Source: Schmidtea nova (Eukaryota). From it: a stretch of DNA of 64,000 nucleotides. Under the pieces are notes generated by a model, which saw nothing but the letters and a program-made list of their open reading frames with translations, did no database searches and was not told the DNA's origin. This document shows positions 22,707-33,800 of this stretch, piece by piece. Numbering within the stretch: the stretch's first letter is position 1; each line of letters starts with the position of its first letter. The position numbers and the translations under genes were made by a program. The DNA lies in contig CM097882.1 in assembly GCA_044892505.1 (NCBI GenBank), forward strand, positions 399,528,001 to 399,592,000, written 5' to 3'.

Positions 22707-22978
22707 TAGCAATGGAGGGAATATAGGCCCAGGGTTGCAATTAGTTAAAATTAAAGGAAGATAGTAACGGAGGGAATATAAGCCCAGGGTTACAATTGTT
22801 GAGTAGCAACGGAGGGAATATAGGCCCAGGGTTGCAATTATTAAAAATTAAAGGAAGATAGTAACGGAGGGAATGTAGGCCCAGGGTTACAATCGTTCGA
22901 GTAGCAACGGAGGGAATATAGGCCCAGGGTTGCAAGTGATAAGAAATAACAACAGAGGGAATATAGGCCCAGAGTTGT
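22707..22978 (+). repeat. Six-copy array with alternating long and short spacers
   Basis: Core ggagggaatataggcccagggtt(g/a)caa. Confidence 0.88.
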
Positions 22979-23436
22979 GATCGTCGACGATAAGGAGAAT
23001 AGTGCGCACCGATAATAGAGAAATGCGAGTAAAGCTGATTATGCGACCTAAAATAATGCATGCAAGTAGAATCGAGAAATAGGAGCTGACCGGAAAGATC
23101 GACAGAATTAACAATGAGAGGCTAACAGAGAGAAAGATAAAGAGATGATAAAATAATAATCGAGTCAAATGACTTAGGGAATTAGAGCGTTCGAACGACA
23201 AATAAATTGGGAGACCGCGGGAAAAATAATTGATGTATTTTATTAATCGATAGATAATTGTTATGACTAAATAGATAATTGTGACCAGTATATAGATAAT
23301 TTAAATAGACTTCAATAAAGGGGAATCTGGGAATGGGGAAAAATAATAGAAACCCAGTAATTAGAAGTCCCGTAAAAAGGGAATAAAAGCGCAACGATAA
23401 CAATAGAGTATCGTTGAAGTGACATTTGTATTTTAG

Positions 23437-23868
23437 ATAAACCAATCAAATCAACCCAATCAACCAAGGAAGAAAGGAATTGGAATACGATAAGACAGGA
23501 AAATTGAGTATATAAAAGTAATTCCGTTGAGAACAGGAACAAAGAGTGTCGTAATAAAACCAACAGAGAAGAAAGTCGACAATAAAAGTAACAAAAAGGA
23601 TCAGACCAGTACTACAACAAACTCAACAAAACAGAAGAAAGCCGGCAAAGATAGTAACAAAAACCCAAAGGGAAGTAAAGCAAGGCAGATAATAATACAA
23701 AAGTCGATCATCGAAAACGATAAATTATCAGTAACAAGCAACAGTTCCAGCAACAAAGAAAATCAAGCAGAACCCGAGAGAAACCCAATAAGTGAAATAG
23801 AAGTCGACAAAACCAACAACGATTATATCGAAGAAATAGAAGACGAAGTAGAACAAGAAACAGAATAA
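23437..23868 (+). pseudogene. Probable N-terminal basic/acidic extension of the polyprotein, detached by a stop (23491) and a frameshift (~23852-23865)
   Basis: Same codon and amino-acid style as the main ORF. The main frame is open from 23852 and continues the acidic tract (EQETE / NNDSKASDNES). No ATG; starts right after ttgtattttag. Confidence 0.55.
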
Positions 23869-23998
23869 CGATAGTAAAGCATCGGACAACGAATCAGCAA
23901 AGGAAACTGAGATCGACATAAATTCAAGTGACGAACATAATAGTGAACTAGAAACAAGAGGAAACGAAAGTAAAATAACTACAGACAGCGGAATTGAA

Positions 23999-26900
23999 AT
24001 GAGCGAACCCAGAGAAGAGATAAAAGACAAATTTTCCGGAGAACCGTTAAATGGAGATGCGAGTAAATTGGAAACTTTCTTAAAAGAATTTGGCATATTC
24101 GTGGAAGTATGCAAATGGAAACCAGAAACAACTGTAAGCAAAATTCAGCTATATTTAAAAGATAGCGCATTAGATCTATATTTGGAAGCAAAAAATGGAA
24201 TTAATCCACCTACAAGTTGGTCAGCGATAAAGGACTTTTTCCAACAAACCTTCGGAATAAATAAAGTATTGAATGAGGCATTCACGGAATTCTCAATGAG
24301 GAAACAAAAGATAAATGAATCGAATGCGGTATATGCAAGCGAATTGAAAAAGTTAGCAAAGTTGATTTTCAATCAAGACAGTCCAATAAATGAGGAGTTA
24401 ATGGCAGCTATCTTTGTGGGAGGATTAAGAAGACCCGACATAAGAGCGCAAGTTGGATGTCAAGGGTGTAAAACTATTGACCAAGCATTAGATACAGCTA
24501 ATAGATTTGAACTACACATGATAGGAAACGACGGTAGAATCTATTTAGCTATGGATACAGCACAAAACGAACAAGAAGTGAACCTGAATAACCACATTCC
24601 AAATTCACAACAATTAAACCGACCACCACCGCAACGAAGGAATGAAGGGAATAAAGTATCAAATTACGGAAATCAAAGCAATTACAACCCCCAAGGACCA
24701 ACGAAACAATGCAAAACATGTGGGAAATTGGGACATTGGCAACAAGAATGTTATCAGAACTTGAATTGTGGAAAATGTGGAGTAAAAGGGCATTCAGAGA
24801 GCAGATGTTATACAATAACCTTTTTTAATTGTGGACGACCTGGACACCTATCAAGAAATTGCGGACAAAGAAGCAATCAACGAGGAAACTGGCAGAATAC
24901 GAGAAACCGACAAAACTATGGAAACCAACCAACTGGTGGAAACCGACAGAATTATGGAAATCAGCCAAATAATGGAAATCGACCGGAATACGGAAACCAG
25001 CAAAATAATAATAATAATAACCAAAATAAAAATACCACTAAAGAGATACATTTAATGCAAGAGGTTCAAAGATTGACGGAGCTGATAAACAATACAACCA
25101 GAGGAAATCCGCAAACAGGTCAACAACAAATCAACATGATGAGAAAAATAGAAAGCGAAAACGAACGATTGAATCGAGAAAGCCAAGCACGACATGCTCA
25201 GGAATGGGCAAGAATACAAAGAGAAGATGAACAAAAGCAGCAAGAAAGAGAACGACAACCTCTAAGAATCAATATGATGAGAGCAACCAACCAAACAAAT
25301 ACCCACGAGAAAGAGACTGTGCCAGAAATAAATCCAACAAACCTGAATCCAACCAATAACGAAAGTCGAAAAGAAATAGTACCAGGAAGCGAAGAAGCAG
25401 AAACAGAGAAGGAAGTAGAAAAAGAAGGGAACCAGGAAGAGAAAAGGAAACTCGGGAAAAGAGGAATGATGGTAATTTTGCCAAACAAGCACGTGTTTCG
25501 ATTCCAATATAACATAAAAGAAGAAGTAGGAATATTGTTCAACAAAGTGAATGAAATGGCTCCAGGAGTAACGAAACTGCCCAGAGAAGCATTCCTACAA
25601 ATAGAAGGTGCACCAGAAGTAAAATTGAAACTAACGGATACATGGGAAAACATGGGAGTAGTAGAGACAAAAAGAAATGTGATGGTAATCAAGGAAATAG
25701 AACCAGAAGGAATTCCATCGCCAGTGCGTCACGAAAAACGAATCAGTCGAATATTTAAAGGGAAAATGATACTAAGACGGTTGGGAGAAATAGACGAGTT
25801 AGAACGAAAAATGAGAAAGGTCGAGGTAGTAGACGACAAGAGTGAATCAACACAAAAAGCTATTAAAAGTGAAACAAGACCAACGGAAAATACACCAAGT
25901 GAAATCAACCAAATAAAACACATTAACATGTTGAGAGGCCAGGCAAAGAATTTTTCAGACGACGAAGAGGATAGTGACGTCAGTAGTCTAGCAGGGGACA
26001 TGCTAAACGAACCGGAAATTGAAGACAAAAAGATAGAAGTAGTAAAGACACCAGAAACTATTCAAGTAAAAGAAGACGAGATCCAGAAATTACTAGATAA
26101 TGCGCTAGAAGTAATATATAACGAGGAATTCATTGACAAGAAACACTATCGAAAATTCATGAGAGCGATATTACAAATGAACTATAAAGAGTGGTTACCA
26201 GGCCGAGAAGAAGAAACACTAAGCCAATACGTAGGAAAATTATTAAAAGAACCACTCCATGAATATATAATACTAATACAGATAAAAACATGTTTGCCAA
26301 GGATTTGGATCAAAACTCCACTCACGGAGGATATTTATCAATGGGTAGAAGACAGATTAGGGAGTTCGTATAAGAACAAATTCCTCTATTCACAGAATGG
26401 ACTAGTGAAGAAAAGGACGCATTTGATAGAAACAGGCATATGGCCAGGAGAGGTGACAACATTATCGATATGCGATGATAAGAGAGAAGAGAACCTACAA
26501 GAAGTAGCAAAGGAAGCAAATACGTGTTTCGAGAAGAAGATTAAACCACGGTTAGAATATGAGAAAGGACGAATCTTACGAGGAAATCTAAATTCCATGA
26601 TAGAACAAATCATCCCACAAATCAAAAAACATAGAAAGGAGTTAATGAGAAGCGAATACGAAAAGTTGAAACGATGTATCGAGTGCATACGTGACACAAG
26701 TCACACGAGATGGTCACAGATCTCATACGGAAAAGTAATTGCCAAAATGGGAAAAGCAATGTTTAGACAAGGAAAAATAACAGATCTAAAAATTTCAGTG
26801 GAATTGCCTAATGAGGATACCAAAGAGATTGAAGTAGTAGCCGATTGTACCATAAAAGAATTAGTAAATGTCATCAACGAGACACTATTACAAAGAGAAC

Positions 26901-29731
26901 CAGAAGAAGAATGGGAAGATGACATAATCATGAAATATAACGAACATGTATTATGGGATCACGATGAAAGACGACTATATAAAATTGGTATATGGGATAA
27001 TCACCAAACCATCCACGTTATCAGAATGGACGATACACCAAGAGAAACTGCTAAAGATGAGAAAAGAGAACGGGAACGACAAAAAGAAGTTGTGCACAAA
27101 TCACAACAAATAGTAGACATCTATCGAAATTGGCGGATTTGGCCAGAATGGGAAAATGTATTAGAAGAACTTAATCTCAACAGACGATTACGAACACCCG
27201 TAGAAAAACAATGGAACGAGCGAGGAAAATGTTGGGAACTAAAAGCCGGCGAATACGAAGAGGAATACGAAATAGGCATAGAAGACGATCACAAACCGGA
27301 AACGGGAAGGGTTTGTATGGTAACAAGAAAAGTCATGCCAGCAGACTTAGACGGACCAGAAACGGCAACCATGTGGTTGGAAAGAGAGAAACAAAAAACG
27401 GAAGAATTTGTCGAAATATTAAAAACCAATGCGCACGGCAAGAGAAAATTAGTAAAAGGTCTCGCAGATTTTTTCATAGTTAACGGAGAAGACATAACAT
27501 GCTTGCGTAAAGTAGCAAAAGCAATCGGCGAATACAAAAGAGTTAACGAGTGGTGTCCAGAACAATTGAATCACGTAATTAAAAAATGGAGAAACCAAGA
27601 ATTCTCGCAGGAATCGCCACAGAAAGTACACCTAAGAATAGTATATCCGAACCAAGAAAAGGAAGAGTTTTGGGTAGGGATAGCGGAGAAAGTCCGAGAC
27701 ATTAAAAAGAAATTGAGATATGAACCACCATTCCATTTACAACACCAAGGACGATCATTAGATAACAGCTTGGAAATTGGAATAACGCCAGCGCAATTAG
27801 ATATCGCAAATACATTGACAGTGGCAGCAATAGCAGGCCAACCATTGAAATTGAAAGAGGAAAAGAAACCAAAAGGAAGTATGAGTACGCCGAGCCCAAT
27901 AAAATCGGTAATGACTCCAGGAACAAGCTCAGAACAAGCTAGAACAACACCAAGAGAGACAAGAGAAAGAACGCCACCAGAACCATACGATGTAGACGAA
28001 ATTTTAACAGATAGCGATGATATGTTAGAAGAACTAATAGAGCTAACAAAAGAAAAAGATGATAATATTTTCGAAAGAATTCAAGAATTACCAACAGCAA
28101 TACCGGTAACCAACACCGAAGATGAAGTCGAACAAGAAATAATCATAGAAGAAGTAAATGAAATAGCAGAAGAGGAAGCAAGGAGGGCAAATGTAGAAAA
28201 TGTACAATTCACACAAGAAATGGAAAGATGGTTAGAAGAAAGAGCCAATGAACCAAGAGACGTCACAGAAGAAACTGGACGAGAAACAAGATTAGTAGAA
28301 ATGGGCACGACAATGGATAAACGACCTAGAGGTAGACCCAAGATGGATCCAGCAAATGTAGTTGTAAAATCAAGAGAGGAAAAAAGACGGGATCAATGGG
28401 AGTTGTGTCTAAAGAAACTAAATAAAATAGCCGAAACGAAAGAAAAAGAAACAACACAAACATACCAAGGCGAAGAATGGATATCAAAGATGTTAATGGA
28501 AATACTAGCAATAATCGATCCGGAATTAAAGAAATGGTGGAGAATAAACGAAATAAGCGAAAGGGCGAAATCACTGCATAGCGCCATCGCACCAATCCTA
28601 CCAGAACTAATAAAAGAGAAGACAAGGTCAAACCACCTAGATTGGCAAGGAACCACGATGTTGATAAAGAAGTTAACGGAAGGAGCAGAGACGGATAACA
28701 AATATTTAATAGCTATGGCATACACAATTTACAATCTGTTGACACTGAGTAGAGGTCGACTGAAACCCACAGCACTCGAAAGACATATAAAGAATACAGC
28801 CAAAATTATAGAGAAAGAAATAGAACCGTACATCATCAGTAAAGGAGGATGGGAAACATTCACAAAAACGAACCAAAAGAAAAACCAAGCCAAAAATATG
28901 AAAAAGAAATTCGAAGAGATATTGGGAGAATTGGAAAAGGAAAAGTCGGGAACAGGAAACGGAAAATCGACACTAAACCTGAGTTCAATCATTATGATGA
29001 TGCTAATATGGATGATTAGTACTGACGGCGCAACAGCATTTGAAGTATTCGATTGTGACCAAATGGCATTGGGTGAGAAATATTCACTACGAGGGACAGA
29101 ACAATGTAAGGACGCAACCCCAACGGAATTAAAAACATTAAAAAAGAGACAATTATACCACGTATATCAGGAAGCTGAACTGATAAGAACAATGGTCAGG
29201 GAATGCAAAGTTTATAAAACCAGATTTGCTTTTTATTGTGGGCACCGCCATTATTCAGCAATCGTGATGCCAGGAACGGAAAGAGAATCGGTAATGCTGC
29301 AAGGAGAAGACTGTGAAAAATTATTCAAACATGGAGAAGTAGAGACTAGAGATAGAGTAAAGATAAAAGGAAAAACGGGAGTGATATTGCAACAAACATA
29401 TTATGTAGCAGGAGCTATTACGGGAGGAGAAGGGTATTGCCAAGGAGCAACATATCCAATATTCGGAGTAGCAGCAACCAACCTAGTAGTAATAGATACT
29501 TATACAGTGGAATTAAAAACGTACGAGGCATTCTTCGATCCAACAACGGGAGAAATGAAAACCCTACCAATGTGCAAAATCGAGTCAAACACTTGTCAGA
29601 CTGGTATGTCAACCCTAACATACCAGATACGAGGAAAGGAATGTCAACTACAACTACTAAAGGAAGCAGAATTCGATGAGATACAAGGGAAAATCTTCCA
29701 AGAGGAAGAAGAAGACGAGGCAGCAAGATGA
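23999..29731 (+). CDS. gag: Polyprotein part 1: Gag (capsid, 3 zinc knuckles), ubiquitin-like domains, AT-hook, Bcl-2-like domain, signal peptide, N-half of glycoprotein
   Basis: CKTCGKLGHWQQEC, CGKCGVKGHSESRC and FFNCGRPGHLSRNC knuckles; KRPRGRPK; YIISKGGWETF; IIMMMLIWMISTDGATA-FEVFDC. Ends at one TGA with the frame open onward. Confidence 0.92.
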   Translation: MSEPREEIKDKFSGEPLNGDASKLETFLKEFGIFVEVCKWKPETTVSKIQLYLKDSALDLYLEAKNGINPPTSWSAIKDFFQQTFGINKVLNEAFTEFSMRKQKINESNAVYASELKKLAKLIFNQDSPINEELMAAIFVGGLRRPDIRAQVGCQGCKTIDQALDTANRFELHMIGNDGRIYLAMDTAQNEQEVNLNNHIPNSQQLNRPPPQRRNEGNKVSNYGNQSNYNPQGPTKQCKTCGKLGHWQQECYQNLNCGKCGVKGHSESRCYTITFFNCGRPGHLSRNCGQRSNQRGNWQNTRNRQNYGNQPTGGNRQNYGNQPNNGNRPEYGNQQNNNNNNQNKNTTKEIHLMQEVQRLTELINNTTRGNPQTGQQQINMMRKIESENERLNRESQARHAQEWARIQREDEQKQQERERQPLRINMMRATNQTNTHEKETVPEINPTNLNPTNNESRKEIVPGSEEAETEKEVEKEGNQEEKRKLGKRGMMVILPNKHVFRFQYNIKEEVGILFNKVNEMAPGVTKLPREAFLQIEGAPEVKLKLTDTWENMGVVETKRNVMVIKEIEPEGIPSPVRHEKRISRIFKGKMILRRLGEIDELERKMRKVEVVDDKSESTQKAIKSETRPTENTPSEINQIKHINMLRGQAKNFSDDEEDSDVSSLAGDMLNEPEIEDKKIEVVKTPETIQVKEDEIQKLLDNALEVIYNEEFIDKKHYRKFMRAILQMNYKEWLPGREEETLSQYVGKLLKEPLHEYIILIQIKTCLPRIWIKTPLTEDIYQWVEDRLGSSYKNKFLYSQNGLVKKRTHLIETGIWPGEVTTLSICDDKREENLQEVAKEANTCFEKKIKPRLEYEKGRILRGNLNSMIEQIIPQIKKHRKELMRSEYEKLKRCIECIRDTSHTRWSQISYGKVIAKMGKAMFRQGKITDLKISVELPNEDTKEIEVVADCTIKELVNVINETLLQREPEEEWEDDIIMKYNEHVLWDHDERRLYKIGIWDNHQTIHVIRMDDTPRETAKDEKRERERQKEVVHKSQQIVDIYRNWRIWPEWENVLEELNLNRRLRTPVEKQWNERGKCWELKAGEYEEEYEIGIEDDHKPETGRVCMVTRKVMPADLDGPETATMWLEREKQKTEEFVEILKTNAHGKRKLVKGLADFFIVNGEDITCLRKVAKAIGEYKRVNEWCPEQLNHVIKKWRNQEFSQESPQKVHLRIVYPNQEKEEFWVGIAEKVRDIKKKLRYEPPFHLQHQGRSLDNSLEIGITPAQLDIANTLTVAAIAGQPLKLKEEKKPKGSMSTPSPIKSVMTPGTSSEQARTTPRETRERTPPEPYDVDEILTDSDDMLEELIELTKEKDDNIFERIQELPTAIPVTNTEDEVEQEIIIEEVNEIAEEEARRANVENVQFTQEMERWLEERANEPRDVTEETGRETRLVEMGTTMDKRPRGRPKMDPANVVVKSREEKRRDQWELCLKKLNKIAETKEKETTQTYQGEEWISKMLMEILAIIDPELKKWWRINEISERAKSLHSAIAPILPELIKEKTRSNHLDWQGTTMLIKKLTEGAETDNKYLIAMAYTIYNLLTLSRGRLKPTALERHIKNTAKIIEKEIEPYIISKGGWETFTKTNQKKNQAKNMKKKFEEILGELEKEKSGTGNGKSTLNLSSIIMMMLIWMISTDGATAFEVFDCDQMALGEKYSLRGTEQCKDATPTELKTLKKRQLYHVYQEAELIRTMVRECKVYKTRFAFYCGHRHYSAIVMPGTERESVMLQGEDCEKLFKHGEVETRDRVKIKGKTGVILQQTYYVAGAITGGEGYCQGATYPIFGVAATNLVVIDTYTVELKTYEAFFDPTTGEMKTLPMCKIESNTCQTGMSTLTYQIRGKECQLQLLKEAEFDEIQGKIFQEEEEDEAAR

Positions 29732-30890
29732 AAAATACTTCAAGACACAGTACGGGGAGAGAAAAAGATTGAAACCCGAACACAAGAAAAACAAATTAAA
29801 ATGAGAAATACACCAACGGTACTAATTACCTCAGATGCAGATATCGGAATGAGGTTTGTAAAAGGAAAAACAGCCTTGAAATGCGGAGTAGCCATGTTGG
29901 AAACCAACTACCCCGGCATTTTCGTATCGAAACAAGAAGTACCTAGTGCGAAACGCAAAGTGAACAAGAACGATGTTAAATTACACCTGTACATGAACAA
30001 TAAAATGGATTTTCTATTCCATAGAGGACAAGCGTCACTACAAAAAGTGTATTACGACTTAATTAACAACGATTGCATATTAAATAGGGAAATATTAAAG
30101 ACAAAACTAGCGGTAGCAATCACAAACCCGGACAGTGCAATGCCATTATTACCATTGAGAGAAGGTCATTTTGGAAGGGTAGTCGGAGAGGTCATGTACG
30201 TATACATATGTAAAAAGACGAACGCAAAGGTGGCAACAATGACAAAACTACAACCAGGTCAGTGTACTAACGAACTAGAAATTGAATATAAAGGGAAAGT
30301 AAGATATGTGCAACCAGTGACAAGAATCATAAATCCAGTAAGCTTCGAACCAAACCCTTTCAATTGCAGCAACGCATATGGACCACTATACCAAAAACCA
30401 GACGGAAATTGGGTTATGTTTCCGTCAAGAACAGAGGTACCAGCACCAAGGGAATTTGAATTGATGCAACTATCAAAAGGACGAAAATTTAAAGACGTAG
30501 ATGTAAGTAATATGGGATTCTATAGCGCAAAAGACTTAGAGGCAGCGAGACAAAACATACTATTTCCAGCAAGAAGGGAAGCGGTGCTATCCAGTATTGT
30601 AACAATAACAGGAGGAACAAATTACCAAGGTGGACCAAATTACGAATTATTATTGTCACCAGCCCACTTTAAGAAGGCAACGGAAAACATGATGAAAGCG
30701 ATGTGGGGAAGATTTTTAATATTTGGACAAATGATGGCAGGAATACTTGGTGTTATACTAATTATACAAATAATACGGGTAATAATAACGCAAATGTTAG
30801 CCTGTTTTGACATCTATAAACGAGAAAAGAAAGTAAATTGGAAATTGGTGGTAGGGTTCTTACCATTTTTGGCTAAAACAATGGTATTAC
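29039..30890 (+). other. env: Envelope glycoprotein domain, chuvirus-G-like (putative class III fusogen), interrupted by TGA at 29729-29731
   Basis: Signal peptide then F.DC start; Cys-rich ectodomain; YYDLINNDCILNREIL...GEVMYVYIC...CTNELEI...QPVTRII...C...W pattern; TM segment FLIFGQMMAGILGVILIIQIIRVII. Confidence 0.8.
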
Positions 30891-33800
30891 ACGGTCATTC
30901 AAAAGATATTCACCGAATAAAAAGACTCCTAAAAATACTAGCAAGAATGAAAGGGACAGACGAAGAAGTAGGACGGAAATTCAAAAAGATAATGAATAAC
31001 GAACAAGCGAGACAACAACTAAAGAAGGAAAGACAAGGACTATGGGAAAGAATGAAAGGGTACAGAACCCAAGACGATTCCAGTGACGACGATGATGATG
31101 ACAACGAAGGAGGTCAAGTATATAAAAATCAAGCACCACAGTACGTCGAAAAGAATCCAGCTGAAATGTGGAAGTGTTACGCACCCCCACCAACCATGTA
31201 CCAAGAACCAACACCAGGGATGAGACAAAATACAATGCAAATGATGCCGATGACAAACATATATCCTATGATACCGGAAGACTATAGAACGAGACGGTGC
31301 AGAAGCGTAGATCCGCAAGGAGACTCACATACAATTGCAGTAATGTCATCAAACACCGGTCCAGTATTAACCACCACAATCGAGATTAACGGAAGGGAAA
31401 TTGAAGCGATGATTGATACAGGAGCAAATATCTCAGCAATAGATATAAAATGGATACCACAAGAACAAAGACGGGATATTGAGAGAACCAACGTTCACGT
31501 AATAGCATGCAGTAAAGAAGTAGTAGAAGTTGCCGGACGATGGTGGGTGAAGATAAAACATCAAAACACAGAAATCGAAACGTACGTAGCAGTAATACCA
31601 GCACTGAACGTACCATGCATTATAGGCACGGATCTGATGCCAGCATTATTTAAAGAAATAGTTATTGACCTCGGAACAATGAGACTAAAGGATAGGACAG
31701 GACAGATATGCGCAATAGAAGCAAAAGTAACAAGTTCGAAACAAATAATCGTACCAGCACGGAGAGAGAAAATATGTTTCGTAAAAATAGATCCTACAAT
31801 AGAAGGTGACATGATCTTTGAACCCAGTAAAAGATTTGAAAAGAGAAAGTCGTTGCCAATGGCAAGGGGATTAGTGAGTGCGAATGACAACGGAGAAATC
31901 CCGATAAATGTAATAAATTTCGATGAAGAAGATAAAATAATTTATGAAAATGAAAGATTAGGTAAGCTAACTCCAATGATAGATATCAAAATACCAATAA
32001 GAGAAGGAGAAAAAGATGAAGAACCCACCTGGAACATTGATAGCCAACTATTAAATGAGGATCAAAAGAAACAGCTAGAAAGATTACTGATAGAATATAA
32101 AGACATATTCGCAGCATCCGATTTAGATCTAGGGACATGCGACGTCACACTACATACGATTCCACTAACAGACGAAACGCCGATTGCGCTAAGACCGTAC
32201 AAGTTAGCTGAAGCGCAAAAATCAGTAGCAGAAGCGGAAGTACAGAAAATGTTAGATGCGGAAGTAATTGAACCAAGCTGCTCACCATGGCAATTCCCAG
32301 TTGTAATGGTGAAAAAGAAAGACGGAACACAACGATTTTGTATTGATTATCAGAGATTAAATGCGGTAACAAAACGGGATACATACCCATTACCAGACAT
32401 CAACGAGATGTTATTGACATTACAAGGAGCGGCATATTTTACATCATTGGATTTGAAAAGCGGATACTGGCAAATTAAAATGAAGGAGGAAGACAAAGAG
32501 AAAACTGCTTTCACTATCAGAAGAGACTTGTACCAGTTTAGGAAAATGCCATTCGGACTAACCAATGCGCCAGCATCATTTCAAAGATGTATGAATTTCG
32601 TTACCCACGGCATAAAACAATGCATGGTTTACATTGATGACCTACTAATCTACTCAAGCACATTTGAACAACACATCCAAGATATCAGAGATGTATTTGT
32701 GAGATTGAGACAATGGAAACTCAAGCTCAAACCATCGAAATGCGATTGGGCAAAAGAGAAAGTGACATTCTTAGGACATATTGTGTCCGCAAAAGGAAAG
32801 GAACCAGATCCCAGAAACATTGATAAAGTAAAAGAATGTCCAGTACCAAAGACGATAACGCAGATCCAAGAATTTCTCGGATTATGCGGTTACTATAGAA
32901 AATTCATAAAGGATTACGCAGGAATTGCAAAACCAATCCAAGAACTAGTAATGAAAGACGTATCATTCATATGGGGAAGCGAACAACAAACAGCTTTCGA
33001 AACATTGAGAGATAAGCTAATAACTGCACCAATATTGGTTCACCCGGATTTCAAAAAGCCATTTTTACTCGCAACCGACGCAAGTGGATATGCAGCAGGA
33101 GCAGTGTTAGGACAATATGATGACGAAGGTAAAGAACGAGTAATCGGATATTATAGCAGAACATTCAAGAAACACGAGAAGAATTATTCAGTAACGGAAA
33201 GAGAAGCATTGGCAATAATATTAGCAATAAAACACTTTAAATATCTATTATGGGGACACGTTATATGCATAACCACGGATCATCAACCACTTGTATGGCT
33301 AGGACAACATAAGGAAACATCCAGCAGATTAATGAGATGGGCGATGCAACTACAAGAATATTCACCAGATATAAAATTCAAATCAGGGAAAGCGAATGCC
33401 AACGCAGATTGCATGTCAAGATTGACGTTTCCAGAACTAACAGATCCAGAAGTACAAAGAATATGCATAGTGATAGCAGAGGATTTGGATTTCAGTGAGT
33501 TAAAGAAAGATCAGCAAGAGGATAAAGAACTAAGACCCATCATAGAATTCCTAAGCTCACGAAATATGGATGTATTCAAAGACAATGCGGAGTTAAAAGA
33601 ACACATGAGGAAATACCAACATCGATACACAATAGAAAAAGGATGGTTGTTAATACAAGATGGAGAGAAACGATTAATGTGTCTGCCGAGCAATAGACGA
33701 AAAGAGATAATAACTCAATACCACGACGGAAAATTGGGAGGACACATGTCCGACAAGAAAACATTAGACCGCATGAGACAAAATTATTATTGGCCAACAA

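Noticed and set aside
22244-22978. Repeat-spacer pattern resembling a CRISPR array
   Set aside because: Spacers recur rather than being unique, there are no cas genes, and the context is a eukaryotic retroelement leader.
31740-31975. Possible dUTPase between protease and RT
   Set aside because: Only a beta-rich linker of the kind common in Gypsy pol; the conserved dUTPase catalytic motifs are not visible.
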